A stretch of DNA of 64,000 bases. Origin: a virus. The stretch lies in IMG/VR virus record IMGVR_UViG_3300037782_000115, positions 1-64,000 of that record; one strand, written 5' to 3'. This document shows positions 46,837-56,650 of this stretch, piece after piece. The notes under the pieces were generated by a model that saw only the letters and a program-made list of their open reading frames with translations, was not told where the DNA came from and searched no databases. The translations under genes and the position numbers were made by a program. The first letter of the stretch is position 1. The number at the start of each line of letters is the position of its first letter.

Positions 46837-47389
46837 CGAGATCTCCTTCCAAAGCCGCCTCTTTCGCGGCAATCTTGAGTTCCAGCCCTGAGATCGATTC
46901 TGAGAGGTCACCAACGACCTTCTCGTACAGGGCACGCTGCTCGGTGAGAGAAGGGTGGATGCCGCGGAGTAGCCGGCGGTGCGTCTCTCTCATCGATTTC
47001 TCGACGCGCAGGAACTTGTAAAGCTCCAAGAGGTCTGCGGGCAAGATCCGCTCTCTGCCGAACGAATTATCCACAAATATCAATTCGTCCTTCGCCGGGC
47101 GGATGTATACCGATTGCGCGTCACACTGAACGATCCAGGTGTGATCGTCGATATCCTGCTCATCCGGGGACAAGACTCGGCACGAACCGCTGTCGCAAGA
47201 GACGTGGATCCGGCCCACACACACCGGGACGCTCTCTTCGTTGTAGTCATCGACAAACTGCAACATGACAATGGCCATCATGTTCTCGTCACCAGAGATT
47301 TGCACGAGATGTGCACGGCAGTCCACGCACACGCCCGTTACTGCGCGAACCTGCTGCACATTCATCAATCTTACGCTCTTGGTCGACAC
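46814..47389 (-). CDS. Hypothetical protein
   Basis: 191 aa, CxxC and C-terminal coiled coil; start uncertain. Confidence 0.5.
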   Translation of the reverse strand: MSTKSVRLMNVQQVRAVTGVCVDCRAHLVQISGDENMMAIVMLQFVDDYNEESVPVCVGRIHVSCDSGSCRVLSPDEQDIDDHTWIVQCDAQSVYIRPAKDELIFVDNSFGRERILPADLLELYKFLRVEKSMRETHRRLLRGIHPSLTEQRALYEKVVGDLSESISGLELKIAAKEAALEGDLVEQEYNG

Positions 47390-48161
47390 GGCCGTCCTCC
47401 AATCTCAAGTTGGTCACAATAATCAGTCTGGATTCAGAGCCATACCGCCGCCCGGCCCAAAACGCGGCCTCTATATACTGCTCTGTTTCTCTTGGCGCCC
47501 GGTCCTGTTCTTTTTCCGGGCCACTATCGGCGCCATCTGTCACATCCTCGCCCACCACCGCCCGACCGGGCCCGGCCTCAGTTCCTGCCACGGCCTCGGC
47601 CTGCTCCTCAGTCTCAGGCTTGGGCTGCGGCGGCGAGGGCGGCTTGACTGGTCGATATCCCGGATGGGGCGCAGATGTTGGTGATGACGGCGGCTTTGCT
47701 TCCTTGCCACGCCCCGTCTCCTCCGCCCTCCTTATCTCTTGGCAGAGCATGAACCCGTAACAAAACGCGCTGTGAACCCTCGAGTCCCAGCCGGGGCCAC
47801 GCCCGAGCACGCGTATCGCAATCTGGCTCACGGCGTCTCGCCAAACAAGGTATTGCTCAAGGGCGGAGTAAACACGGTCTCCCGGCCCGGTCAACTCAAT
47901 ACACCCGCTGCGATGATTAAGCTCGGCTACACAGCCGTGGTGGTCGGCCGACAGAAACGCGACGGACTCCTTCCACTTCGACACATATCGATCGGCAACA
48001 ACAACGATCTTGGGCTCGTCAAGATCCTCTGGCGTGAACCTGAATTTGGCGATCAACCGATCGAGCATCGCCCTGGCCGATCTCGTGTGACCGTTCTGTT
48101 CGCGATCGTTGGCCAGCGCCAGCATCTTGCGAGCCAACCTGAGAGCGGTTTCCCTTGTCAT
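47289..48161 (-). CDS. DUF2786-like protein
   Basis: N-terminal KMLALA......E/H..A...L..KF helical hairpin; AF..GF; Pro-rich linker. Confidence 0.5.
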   Translation of the reverse strand: MTRETALRLARKMLALANDREQNGHTRSARAMLDRLIAKFRFTPEDLDEPKIVVVADRYVSKWKESVAFLSADHHGCVAELNHRSGCIELTGPGDRVYSALEQYLVWRDAVSQIAIRVLGRGPGWDSRVHSAFCYGFMLCQEIRRAEETGRGKEAKPPSSPTSAPHPGYRPVKPPSPPQPKPETEEQAEAVAGTEAGPGRAVVGEDVTDGADSGPEKEQDRAPRETEQYIEAAFWAGRRYGSESRLIIVTNLRLEDGRVDQERKIDECAAGSRSNGRVRGLPCTSRANLW

Positions 48162-50957
48162 TCAAACACTCCAGTGGCGACACGAAGAACGCTCGCCCTC
48201 CATGTATGCAGACACCCGCATAAAGCTGACGGCGTACGAAATCCCGGCGTGCTCAACCGGTATGAACCCAGAGTTCGGTCCGACATCGTCGACCGGCTCA
48301 ACAAACGCGACTGCCCCATCTGGGTGGTGCTTATAGAACACAGCGAAGTTCCTCCCCCTCACGGTCCGCCTTGCCTTGGTCACCAGGAAGTACCACCTGA
48401 GCCCAATTCTCAACCACTCGCCATCCTCCTCGTCGGGTCCGTCGATCCCAAGCGCGAGCATGAACGCCTCTTTACGGAGGGCCCGACGCTCTGCGATCGT
48501 TCCTTCGACAGACGCCTTCTTCATCGGAGGCTCGTACGGAGACGGATCCGCGACCACCTCCTTTTTGTCGGCGAAAGCAACGGCGGGGGCCGCCGGAGCC
48601 CTCGCAACAACCGTGGGATCTTCGCGATCGGGCGCCGACATGTTGGGGGGTGGCTCCGCCGCGGCCGCAGGCTCCAGGCTCACACCCAGGTCTGGCAGGA
48701 GCGAATCAAACTGCTTGCGGTAAGCACCAAACGAAGCCTTTGAATCAAGGCCGGTGAGCTCGCCAGCGATGAACTTAGCCAGTTTCGAGGCAACATCCTC
48801 GCCACCAGACATTGCCGCAAGGCCCTCGCTCGTGAAATCACCCTCGAGTGCCAGGCTCGCGGCCATCTTGTCGGCCATCAAGGCCAGGGCGGCATCTTGA
48901 ACAGAACGAGACGCTGTGCCGGCCGATACCACATAATCGACCTCGCAGCCAAACTGCTGCCCGAGGCGCCAGGCTCGCCGCGAAGCCTGGCGGAGTCGAT
49001 AGGTGTTGTCGCCGGGGAACGCAAATATCAGGCTCGGAAAGTCGAACAGGTCAAGGCCGGTCTGAACCAATTGCGGGTGGCTGATGATCACGTCGCAATC
49101 TGGTGCGTGCTTCTCGATCCAGGCTTCGCGGTCGATCGGCTTAGGTCCGCCGTCAGCCGTCGATCGCATCACACCAACACGGATGCCGTACTCTGACAAA
49201 TACTCCTTGTAGTAGGTCATCCAATCCCACGCGGGATCACTGCTCTTGCCGGTCAGCTCGGTAAACACCCATGTCTTTCGACCACGCAGCATATTCCGGT
49301 GGATCAGCCTGCGCACACGACGCGCCTTTGGCGTTTCTCTGGGTGGCAGGCTGTTGACGCCGAACACGTGGACCGGCATCTGTGTCTCATGATCGATGTG
49401 GTAGACGTCGTAGGGGTCGACCCACGGCTTGTCTGGGTAACGGAGGAATGTAGACCGCGCCTTTGCCCACGCCGTCGAACGACGTGTGGAATCAAGGTGC
49501 TCATCGAACGCGTCTTGCATCCGCTTGAGCTCTTGGTCGACATCGGCGTCGATGCCAACACGATGCACCTTCTCGTCGAACCTGGGCAGGTGGTCGTGCA
49601 TATCGGCCAGGCGAATAAAAACCGCCTGATCGAGCAGGAAGTTTGTGTAGAGCACTGGCGAGATGCCGGGCAGCGACCTGGTGTAGACAGAAGACTGCTT
49701 GCCCCGCCCCATAACAAGGTCGTTCGAAGACTGAAAATCGGATTCGGCGATGAACCGCCGCCGCTCTTGGAGAACCCCATACTCCTTGACGAAGTCTTCG
49801 TCGCCGCCATAGCTGAAAACCTGCCCGTCGTCCACCATCCTGTTCGGGCAAGTGCGCCAGAGAAGCTGGGTCAGGTTCTCCGCATAGCCGCCGACAAGCG
49901 TGCCGGTGAGGGGCACGACCTTCTTGCTCATTGAACAGAGGTCGGCGTACAGCCGCCCCTGGAGCGTCCCCCGCCCCTTGAGCTCGTGCACCTCGTCGGG
50001 CAGGTATAGATCGAACTGAGCGCCAATCTTCCGCAGGTACTGACACGGGGCCATGCGCCTGGGTGACACGCCCGGCACCGGAAGCGCGTCGGCGCCGCGA
50101 GACTGACCATTGAACGCTTGCCACAACGGCGTGCCGCACACCCACTTCGACTCTTCCGGATCCCAAACCTTGTTCTTGGCGGTTTCGGGGACCTCGGCAT
50201 CGCAGCACCTCTTGCTGCCCAGCTTGCCCTTCTTGTTACACATGAGGCTGAGCAGGTCGGAGCGGCTCTCTGCGATAATGCCGCCGCAGCCAGGGCATTT
50301 GTACGTCTCCACCCTCGCCTTCGGCTGACCGATGATGGTCGGCTCCAGGCGGGAGGAAACATCAACAGCAGCACGCCACGAGTAGCCCAACTTCCCCTTG
50401 TCTCTAGGCAGGATGTAGATCTCAGTTGTGCTCGGCGGGGCCCAGCGGCGGTTCTTCTGAGTCGTGATACTCCCGTCGGCGTGGCAGACCTCCTTTTCGC
50501 TTACGACAGAAGACTCACGCAGAGTGGACAGATCACTGATCGAGTTGACGATTACGGCGCGGCAGCCGGGAATGATCTTTCTAAAGTGGGATTGCCACTT
50601 CTTTACCAGGTGGTTCGGCGCCGTTACCACAACGCGTAGCTTGTGGCCGATGTCGCGTTCGTGCGCAGCGACAAGCCACGCACCCATGCACGTCTTGCCC
50701 GTTCCCATCTCGCCGACAATCCAGGCCGAGTTGTTCTGCCTCAGCAGCCGGACACACGACTCGATAACCGCCGCCTGTGCCGGGTATGGGGACATCGCAG
50801 CGCCAGAACACTGCCGCACATTCTCACTCAGCCGCTCGGTTTTGGGGTCGAACAACGGCGGCAGGCCGTCCTGTGCTTTGGACGCCATATCATCCACAAA
50901 CACAGACATGTAAGACTCGATCGAGTCAAAGCATTCGGGGTTGCTAAGTGCCTTCAT
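48162..50957 (-). CDS. SF2 (SNF2/DEAD-like) helicase of ICE/plasmid type
   Basis: GEMGTGKT, P.HLV.KW, DEVHELK, LTGTL.GGY, TGLDL..FP, QASRRAWRLGQ. Confidence 0.85.
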   Translation of the reverse strand: MKALSNPECFDSIESYMSVFVDDMASKAQDGLPPLFDPKTERLSENVRQCSGAAMSPYPAQAAVIESCVRLLRQNNSAWIVGEMGTGKTCMGAWLVAAHERDIGHKLRVVVTAPNHLVKKWQSHFRKIIPGCRAVIVNSISDLSTLRESSVVSEKEVCHADGSITTQKNRRWAPPSTTEIYILPRDKGKLGYSWRAAVDVSSRLEPTIIGQPKARVETYKCPGCGGIIAESRSDLLSLMCNKKGKLGSKRCCDAEVPETAKNKVWDPEESKWVCGTPLWQAFNGQSRGADALPVPGVSPRRMAPCQYLRKIGAQFDLYLPDEVHELKGRGTLQGRLYADLCSMSKKVVPLTGTLVGGYAENLTQLLWRTCPNRMVDDGQVFSYGGDEDFVKEYGVLQERRRFIAESDFQSSNDLVMGRGKQSSVYTRSLPGISPVLYTNFLLDQAVFIRLADMHDHLPRFDEKVHRVGIDADVDQELKRMQDAFDEHLDSTRRSTAWAKARSTFLRYPDKPWVDPYDVYHIDHETQMPVHVFGVNSLPPRETPKARRVRRLIHRNMLRGRKTWVFTELTGKSSDPAWDWMTYYKEYLSEYGIRVGVMRSTADGGPKPIDREAWIEKHAPDCDVIISHPQLVQTGLDLFDFPSLIFAFPGDNTYRLRQASRRAWRLGQQFGCEVDYVVSAGTASRSVQDAALALMADKMAASLALEGDFTSEGLAAMSGGEDVASKLAKFIAGELTGLDSKASFGAYRKQFDSLLPDLGVSLEPAAAAEPPPNMSAPDREDPTVVARAPAAPAVAFADKKEVVADPSPYEPPMKKASVEGTIAERRALRKEAFMLALGIDGPDEEDGEWLRIGLRWYFLVTKARRTVRGRNFAVFYKHHPDGAVAFVEPVDDVGPNSGFIPVEHAGISYAVSFMRVSAYMEGERSSCRHWSV

Positions 50958-51342
50958 GTTTGTAGCCCTTCACTCTTTTTGCCGTCCACGTCTCGGGGTC
51001 ATGCCCCATCGCCGTAAGTTGATCAAACAGGACGCTCTTGATCAGCTGCCGCATGTTCCGCGTGACAGACAGTTTGAGAACACGCCTGGCCGGCCTGGAG
51101 AACTCTTCGCCATCCCTGTTCTTGCCCACATACCCGCACGAGACGCGGGTGTAGAGCGTTCCAAGGAACGGGATCTTTACAGCGTTGCCATTGGCTAGGT
51201 GCTCGACCCACCTGTCCATCATCGCGTACGCCAACGCCCTGGCGGCGTACGGATCCATGCCTATGTCCTCGCCAGCTCGAGAGGCGAGTTTTTCGAAATC
51301 GTTCCGGAACTCCGAGAGACGGCCGTTTGGCGGGGTGACCAT
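50944..51342 (-). CDS. HU/IHF-like DNA-binding protein
   Basis: LANGNAVKIPFLGTL......GKN.DGE....PARRV.K; start re-called to MVTPP. Confidence 0.65.
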   Translation of the reverse strand: MVTPPNGRLSEFRNDFEKLASRAGEDIGMDPYAARALAYAMMDRWVEHLANGNAVKIPFLGTLYTRVSCGYVGKNRDGEEFSRPARRVLKLSVTRNMRQLIKSVLFDQLTAMGHDPETWTAKRVKGYKHEGT

Positions 51343-52061
51343 CCGGGGAACGGCAAGGAACCATTTTGGGTCAGCTTTTTCACCATAGCGTCCAAGGTCT
51401 CTTGCGAAATCTTTAGCACACCCGCCCGGGTCCATTTCTCGTACAACTGCTCTGGGTGGGGGAGGGCGTTTACGAACAGGGCGGGATCCGCCATGATCTG
51501 GCTTGTTATCACTCTTCTCCATGTCTCTGCGGCCTCCCGTTCATCATCGCTCTGGCCAGGCGCGCCGATCGGCAAAAGCGGCGTCGAATAGCTCGCGATC
51601 AGCCTGTTGTACAGCGCCTCAGCAATAGCAGCGTCTGAGTCGCCGCATTCTGCAAACACACAGTAAGTCGGGTGTTTGATGTACTCATCCGGCTCTTCGT
51701 CCGAGTGCAGCGACACCAAATGCAAATGCGTCCCGGCCACCTGCCGGGCCGACGGCCGCCACCGGCCTTGCCACACGCCCGTATACTCAGCGTCCTTGCC
51801 ACGAAAGAGTATCCGGTGCCTGGAGTGCTCATGCTCTGCCGAACACCCGGCGGCAAACGCCCTCACAGCCTGCTCTGGTCCGAGGATGCTCATGGCGTAG
51901 ACGGACCGGGGCATTGCTGAACGGCGGGTGCCTGCGAAATCGTAGTACGGAGCCGAAAGAACACCATCACACCACGCGCGGACCTTTGCGCGACCCGACG
52001 CCGCGCCATATGAGTAGTGGGTCTGCGGCGGAAGCAAGAACACCTCAATCAGTTGTCGCAC
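51261..52061 (-). CDS. Hypothetical protein of the helicase/methyltransferase module
   Basis: GTG start after GGAG; STPLLP...W motif. Confidence 0.55.
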   Translation of the reverse strand: MRQLIEVFLLPPQTHYSYGAASGRAKVRAWCDGVLSAPYYDFAGTRRSAMPRSVYAMSILGPEQAVRAFAAGCSAEHEHSRHRILFRGKDAEYTGVWQGRWRPSARQVAGTHLHLVSLHSDEEPDEYIKHPTYCVFAECGDSDAAIAEALYNRLIASYSTPLLPIGAPGQSDDEREAAETWRRVITSQIMADPALFVNALPHPEQLYEKWTRAGVLKISQETLDAMVKKLTQNGSLPFPGWSPRQTAVSRSSGTISKNSPLELART

Positions 52062-52314
52062 GACAATCTCCCATAGCAACAAGGGCGAACCCACAGTGAG
52101 AACACAGGCCGTCCCGATAAGCCGAAATCTCCGCTTTCGTGCGAACCTCGTTCACACACCGACACCTGAAACACAAGGGGCTGTACGGGCCACTGCGGAT
52201 CAGACGGCGTCTTCGATAACCAAAGACGGCGTGGTACATCACGGCGCCTAGAAAATAGACGGTCGCGATAGGCGTCGCGAACAAGAAACACGAGATGAGA
52301 ATAATCTCAATCAT
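52045..52314 (-). CDS. Small membrane protein with Cys cluster
   Basis: N-terminal TM helix; CxxC...CxxC. Confidence 0.55.
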   Translation of the reverse strand: MIEIILISCFLFATPIATVYFLGAVMYHAVFGYRRRRLIRSGPYSPLCFRCRCVNEVRTKAEISAYRDGLCSHCGFALVAMGDCRATTD

Positions 52315-53371
52315 CGCCGTCCTCTACGCCGTCTTCGGTGACCGACCCCTGTCCTGCCGTGGAGACAAGTGTGATGAGCGAGCCGTCTGGCCTCAGGGCA
52401 CGGATTGCCACCGAGAAGAAGTCGGTCGAGACTTTGATCGCCGCCGCCTTGCCACCCTGGGTGGTGTCTGGCTTCCACTCGGTCTTGGTACGCCTGATGA
52501 CCATACCCTTGGCTACGTGCAGCGATTCGCCACTGCCCATGAGACCGTCTGCGTGACCGCTCGCCAACACCAGCGAGACGTGCCCCTTCTTGAGAGGGAG
52601 CGGCGGCCGGCCGCGAGACCTCATGCGCTTGGCGGCGACGGGGAATCGCCTGAGTGGGCTTGTCTCAAACAGCCGGACGACATCTTCTTTGGTCAACATG
52701 CCAGACGCAAAGATCCCCGGGTCTTGCCCGACAGGGACGGGGATGTGGGGCGACATGCCGGCGGGCATAGGGCCTAGCGACCCGATACTGAGCTTGGTCC
52801 GCATGAACACGCCGACGTCGGTGTCGTTCACGATGTTGGGCCTTGGAAGCTTCCTGGCCACCAGACACGTCTGTTTGAACGCCAGATCCGGCCCGTCGTA
52901 GAACGGCGCCGGAAATCTCCAGTGGGCCAGCGGCTCGAAGTCACGCAGCAGCCGCCTGACGACTTCTGAGTACATGGATTCCTTGATAATCAGGACGAGC
53001 ACGCCGCCGGCCTCAAGCAGCCGGGAGCACCGGTCCAGAAAAACACGCTCGAGCCGCCCATGAGAACTCGCGTCGTATGGCGGATTGAGCAGAATGAGAC
53101 CGAACTGCGGCGATTCCATCCTGATATCTTGGAACGCGCAATTCACCACGCGGTCAAGCGACTCGTGCGCGTCGTCGGCTCGCTGCAATTCGAGCTCGAC
53201 GCCGTAGTTCACCCCAGACGGGTTCAGGGCAGCGAGGGCAGCGCCATCGCCGCAGCACGGGTCTAGCGCGTGCACCCCCTCGGGCAGCATGAGGCATGAC
53301 CTCAAGCGGTCCACAACCTCAAGCGGCGTCGGGACGTACATAAGATCAACAACAGATTGTGGCCTTGCCAT
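52307..53371 (-). CDS. DUF6094-like class I SAM (N6-adenine type) DNA methyltransferase
   Basis: Y.PTP, LDPCCGDG, YGVEL...R, LNPPY, LE..FL, PPLPLKKGH..L.LASG..DG. Confidence 0.85.
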   Translation of the reverse strand: MARPQSVVDLMYVPTPLEVVDRLRSCLMLPEGVHALDPCCGDGAALAALNPSGVNYGVELELQRADDAHESLDRVVNCAFQDIRMESPQFGLILLNPPYDASSHGRLERVFLDRCSRLLEAGGVLVLIIKESMYSEVVRRLLRDFEPLAHWRFPAPFYDGPDLAFKQTCLVARKLPRPNIVNDTDVGVFMRTKLSIGSLGPMPAGMSPHIPVPVGQDPGIFASGMLTKEDVVRLFETSPLRRFPVAAKRMRSRGRPPLPLKKGHVSLVLASGHADGLMGSGESLHVAKGMVIRRTKTEWKPDTTQGGKAAAIKVSTDFFSVAIRALRPDGSLITLVSTAGQGSVTEDGVEDGDD

Positions 53372-53387
53372 CGTTTACACCACCCCA

Positions 53388-53747
53388 CTAGCAACTCGAA
53401 GCATAATCACAAAGCAGCCTCGCCGCCTCGTTCGACAGCGACTCGGGAACATCCGAAGCCATGACCGAGAAGCAAAGATCGAGAAAGCCGTCGGCCAGCG
53501 TGCGGCGGAACGACTGGCCATCAGAGACCTGGCCAACCAACCACTCAACGGACTCATCGAGTGTATCAAAGCTTTCGTCCAAACAAACAGAAACAGATTT
53601 GGCGACATAGCCGCCGTTGCGGTGACCTATGAGCCCAAGAAAACCGCCGGTGCCGCCGGCTATATACCTTTTTTGGCGGTCGGCGCCGACCACGGTAAGG
53701 GCAACTACGTCTACGCCGCCCACCGAAAATTTGAGAATCTCGTACAT
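53388..53747 (-). CDS. Hypothetical protein
   Basis: AAGGAG RBS before ATG 53747. Confidence 0.6.
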   Translation of the reverse strand: MYEILKFSVGGVDVVALTVVGADRQKRYIAGGTGGFLGLIGHRNGGYVAKSVSVCLDESFDTLDESVEWLVGQVSDGQSFRRTLADGFLDLCFSVMASDVPESLSNEAARLLCDYASSC

Positions 53748-53798
53748 GAGAACACTCCTTGCCACACCGTGCGCGGGTGGTCATATCCCATCTGCCCC

Positions 53799-54539
53799 CT
53801 ATAGAGCAGAGAGCGCGTCCGTTTCAGAGGGAGTCAGAAGATCGTGTGACTCACGGAGCGAACGCCCAGCGTCCGACGTTGAGAGCTTGAGAATCCTGCG
53901 CACGACGCCCCGGTCCCATTTGCCACCAGACCTTGGTCGGAACCCCCTTGTGTCCAGCATCCTGGCGATCTCAGCGTAGCTGACGTTATCCTCGTGCCAC
54001 GCAAGCATTAGGAGCAGCACCACCGACTCAGCGACGTCGGGTACAAGCACCTTGCCGTCTCGAGTGAAGCCGTACGGCAGGGTGCCCACCACCTCGCCCC
54101 GGCTCTTCTTGTGTTCGATCGACGACCTGGTGCGCTCGATCAGTTGATCGCGCTCGAATTCGGCGAGCACGGCCATGAGGCGGAAGATCATCTTGCCAGA
54201 CGCCGTCGTAGTGTCGAACGACTCGGAGACCGATACAAAATCGCCGCCGCATCCGTTGATCCGGTCGACGATCTCGATGATGTCCCTGGTGTTCCGGCCC
54301 AAGCGAGAGATCGAGTAGACCACGAGCAGGCCCGAGTTTTCGCACACGTGTGCCATCGCGCTTTCCAGGCCGGGCCGGTTATCAACAGACTTGCCGCTTA
54401 TCCCCTCGTCGACAAACACATCGGTGAGCTCGAAGCCCCGCATCGTCAAATAGGCCTGTATCCGGCCCCTCTGCGCGTCGAGCGAAACCCCCTCAACCTG
54501 CCCATCGGTCGATACCCGGCAATACCCGTAGCACTTCAT
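53799..54539 (-). CDS. Serine recombinase (resolvase domain plus short recombinase domain)
   Basis: YCRVST..Q, DEGISG, RPGL, SRLGR, DTTTASG, LAEFER, PYGF; ATGA overlap. Confidence 0.9.
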   Translation of the reverse strand: MKCYGYCRVSTDGQVEGVSLDAQRGRIQAYLTMRGFELTDVFVDEGISGKSVDNRPGLESAMAHVCENSGLLVVYSISRLGRNTRDIIEIVDRINGCGGDFVSVSESFDTTTASGKMIFRLMAVLAEFERDQLIERTRSSIEHKKSRGEVVGTLPYGFTRDGKVLVPDVAESVVLLLMLAWHEDNVSYAEIARMLDTRGFRPRSGGKWDRGVVRRILKLSTSDAGRSLRESHDLLTPSETDALSAL

Positions 54540-55249
54540 TGCTGTTCTCCAGACGGCCTCGCGGCCAACGTCTCGTACACACTGTCTACTCGGTGACAAT
54601 TCATCACGTCGCGTCCGTGCGACTTCCAGACGCCGCAATGACATGTCGACCGGGGCACGGCCCCGGCACACAACTCGTTCATCTCAAAGGGCATCTTCCA
54701 CCGGTATCGCCAGGCGAACGCGGTCATCCTGTTGATGTAGCCGACGCGCACACCCCCTGAAACACTCAGTTTGTCGCGCCACTTTTCGCATTCCTCGTAG
54801 CTGAGAATCGGCGTGTCGACGATCAGGTGGTCGATGGTTTCTTCGCACTCCAGATACCAACGCAGCGAGAAGTCTTCGCACACCACCCCGATCGTCATGC
54901 CCGGGTTGGCCCGGCGGATCTTCCAGATCACCACCGCCAGGCGGCTGGAGAGCCTGCGAAGGCGGCGCCAGTTTGTAAACAGCTCGTGCCCATAGCCAAA
55001 CTCATATCGGTACAGCTTGGTGTAGATCACGGTGGGTGCAAACAGCGCGTAGGCAACCCTGCCGCGGCGGGCGTACGACAACTTTTGGATCTCGGCCTCG
55101 ACGTTCTTTGTCAGGTCTTCGTCGACGCGAATGGAGCCACACCACCTAGACATCGTGCATATGCCAGGCGCCCAGATCCATATGCAGTTTGCCTGTTGGC
55201 CAACGAGGTAGAGCCACCTCGAGTCGACGGACCTAGACACACGCGTCAT
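54536..55249 (-). CDS. Hypothetical protein
   Basis: Fills the operon; start re-called to MTRVS. Confidence 0.5.
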   Translation of the reverse strand: MTRVSRSVDSRWLYLVGQQANCIWIWAPGICTMSRWCGSIRVDEDLTKNVEAEIQKLSYARRGRVAYALFAPTVIYTKLYRYEFGYGHELFTNWRRLRRLSSRLAVVIWKIRRANPGMTIGVVCEDFSLRWYLECEETIDHLIVDTPILSYEECEKWRDKLSVSGGVRVGYINRMTAFAWRYRWKMPFEMNELCAGAVPRSTCHCGVWKSHGRDVMNCHRVDSVYETLAARPSGEQQ

Positions 55250-55260
55250 GCGGAAGTTAG

Positions 55261-55608
55261 CTAGTGGCACGACACCTCCGAACGAACAGAGTTGATACCA
55301 GAGGACGCATCGATGATCTGGTCTTTGCCGCCGCAACGGAGCCACCGGTCAATCGCATACTTCTGCGACGACGACCGGCAAACGATGACGACAGACCGGC
55401 CAGAGACGCGCACTTTGGAGATCCCATCACGGACGAAAGGGGGTGCTCGGGACGCCAGCAAATCAGTAACCTGGTCATCGAGCCGCGACTCCTTCTTGAT
55501 CTTCTGCGCCACGGCCGCGGCCGCGGCGGAGCCATCGGCCGCAGCCGCGCGAGAACGCCGCGCTCGCCGCTGGGAGACGAGACGGTTGAGCATGTCCCAC
55601 TTGTTCAT
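55261..55608 (-). CDS. DciA/DUF721-like protein
   Basis: P......V......V.IVCRSSSQKYAIDRWLR.GG...I......I..V, KH-like pattern. Confidence 0.55.
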   Translation of the reverse strand: MNKWDMLNRLVSQRRARRSRAAAADGSAAAAAVAQKIKKESRLDDQVTDLLASRAPPFVRDGISKVRVSGRSVVIVCRSSSQKYAIDRWLRCGGKDQIIDASSGINSVRSEVSCH

Positions 55609-55648
55609 AAAACCAGGGCGAGCCGCTAAGCCCGCCCTAGCCAAGATA

Positions 55649-55945
55649 TTACTCAGGCACAGGGTAGACGACCTTGTGCCGCGACAGAATGCCGGCGCGC
55701 CCGCCGCCGGGCAGGCTCGGGTTCACAACCTCCAAGACCTCGACCTCCACCCCCGACGCGAGCCGCTCAACCGGAACCTGTTTGCGCACAGCAACCTTCG
55801 CCCTGATGAAGTCGCGGCACGCAATCTCAGCCCTGGGGGCGCTGATCTGGAGCGCGTTCTTGTCCTCGAAGATTGACTCCGGCATTCCGTCGGTCACAAA
55901 TCTCGCTACCCATTCGGCGTTCATGATTGTTTGCTCCGTTTCCAA
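55649..55945 (-). CDS. Hypothetical protein
   Basis: 98 aa, TTG start overlapping the upstream gene. Confidence 0.5.
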   Translation of the reverse strand: METEQTIMNAEWVARFVTDGMPESIFEDKNALQISAPRAEIACRDFIRAKVAVRKQVPVERLASGVEVEVLEVVNPSLPGGGRAGILSRHKVVYPVPE

Positions 55946-56271
55946 GATTCCCTGAGCGTGGTTCCCGCCAGCCTCGCTAGCGCAGCTTCTGTAAAGTGCA
56001 TCTTAGGGTCTCGCAGCCTGGCTATGTGGCCGGACATGGCCTTGCCGCCACAGACGTAGCCGCAGATGCACTCCTGTTCGCCAAAGCCCAATTCCCGAAT
56101 AATCCATGGCGAACCGGGATCGGCGGACGCCCCGCGAGTCCTTGAGCGGGGATCGCGAGGCGGCATGTGGTGCGTACACAGGTGGCCATGCAGGTATTTG
56201 ATGCCCTTCACGTCCACGCCGCACAGTGGACACTTGTACTCGGATGGTGGGAGTCTAGTCTTGCGGCTCAT
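55921..56271 (-). CDS. C2H2 zinc-finger protein
   Basis: YKCPLC-x12-H-x3-H plus a second CxC-x11-H. Confidence 0.65.
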   Translation of the reverse strand: MSRKTRLPPSEYKCPLCGVDVKGIKYLHGHLCTHHMPPRDPRSRTRGASADPGSPWIIRELGFGEQECICGYVCGGKAMSGHIARLRDPKMHFTEAALARLAGTTLRESWKRSKQS

Positions 56272-56557
56272 CGCAACCCCCGTGTTCGGCGCCAGCAAGA
56301 TCGACTACAGCCAACATGGCGCACGCATCAAGGAACTCCCGCGAGAGCAGCCAGCGGATCACGTCAGACCTGTTCGGGACAACCACACACCCGCGATCTA
56401 GAGTGAACAACAGAAACCTATTGCCGGACAACGGTTTCACAACGCGGCGGTGGCTATTCATGGCGTGGTGCAGCAGGCCGACGCCAGACGTAAACTGTGT
56501 GTTGCACACCTGGCACCACGCTGGCGCGACCATGATGTTGGTGTTGGTTCTGTCCAT
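56255..56557 (-). CDS. C2H2 zinc-finger protein
   Basis: WCQVC-x3-F-x5-L-x2-H-x4-H. Confidence 0.65.
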   Translation of the reverse strand: MDRTNTNIMVAPAWCQVCNTQFTSGVGLLHHAMNSHRRVVKPLSGNRFLLFTLDRGCVVVPNRSDVIRWLLSREFLDACAMLAVVDLAGAEHGGCDEPQD

Positions 56558-56590
56558 TATTCGATGCGACCTCATCAGGGGTGCCCGGGG

Positions 56591-56599
56591 AATATACCA
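56591..56599 (-). promoter_or_regulatory. Extended -10 promoter candidate
   Basis: TGGTATATT on the minus strand in the intergenic gap upstream of the zinc-finger genes. Confidence 0.45.
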
Positions 56600-56650
56600 A
56601 GCACCTACGGCACACATAGACACAGCAGCCGATTGTACAGAGTAGGATGC

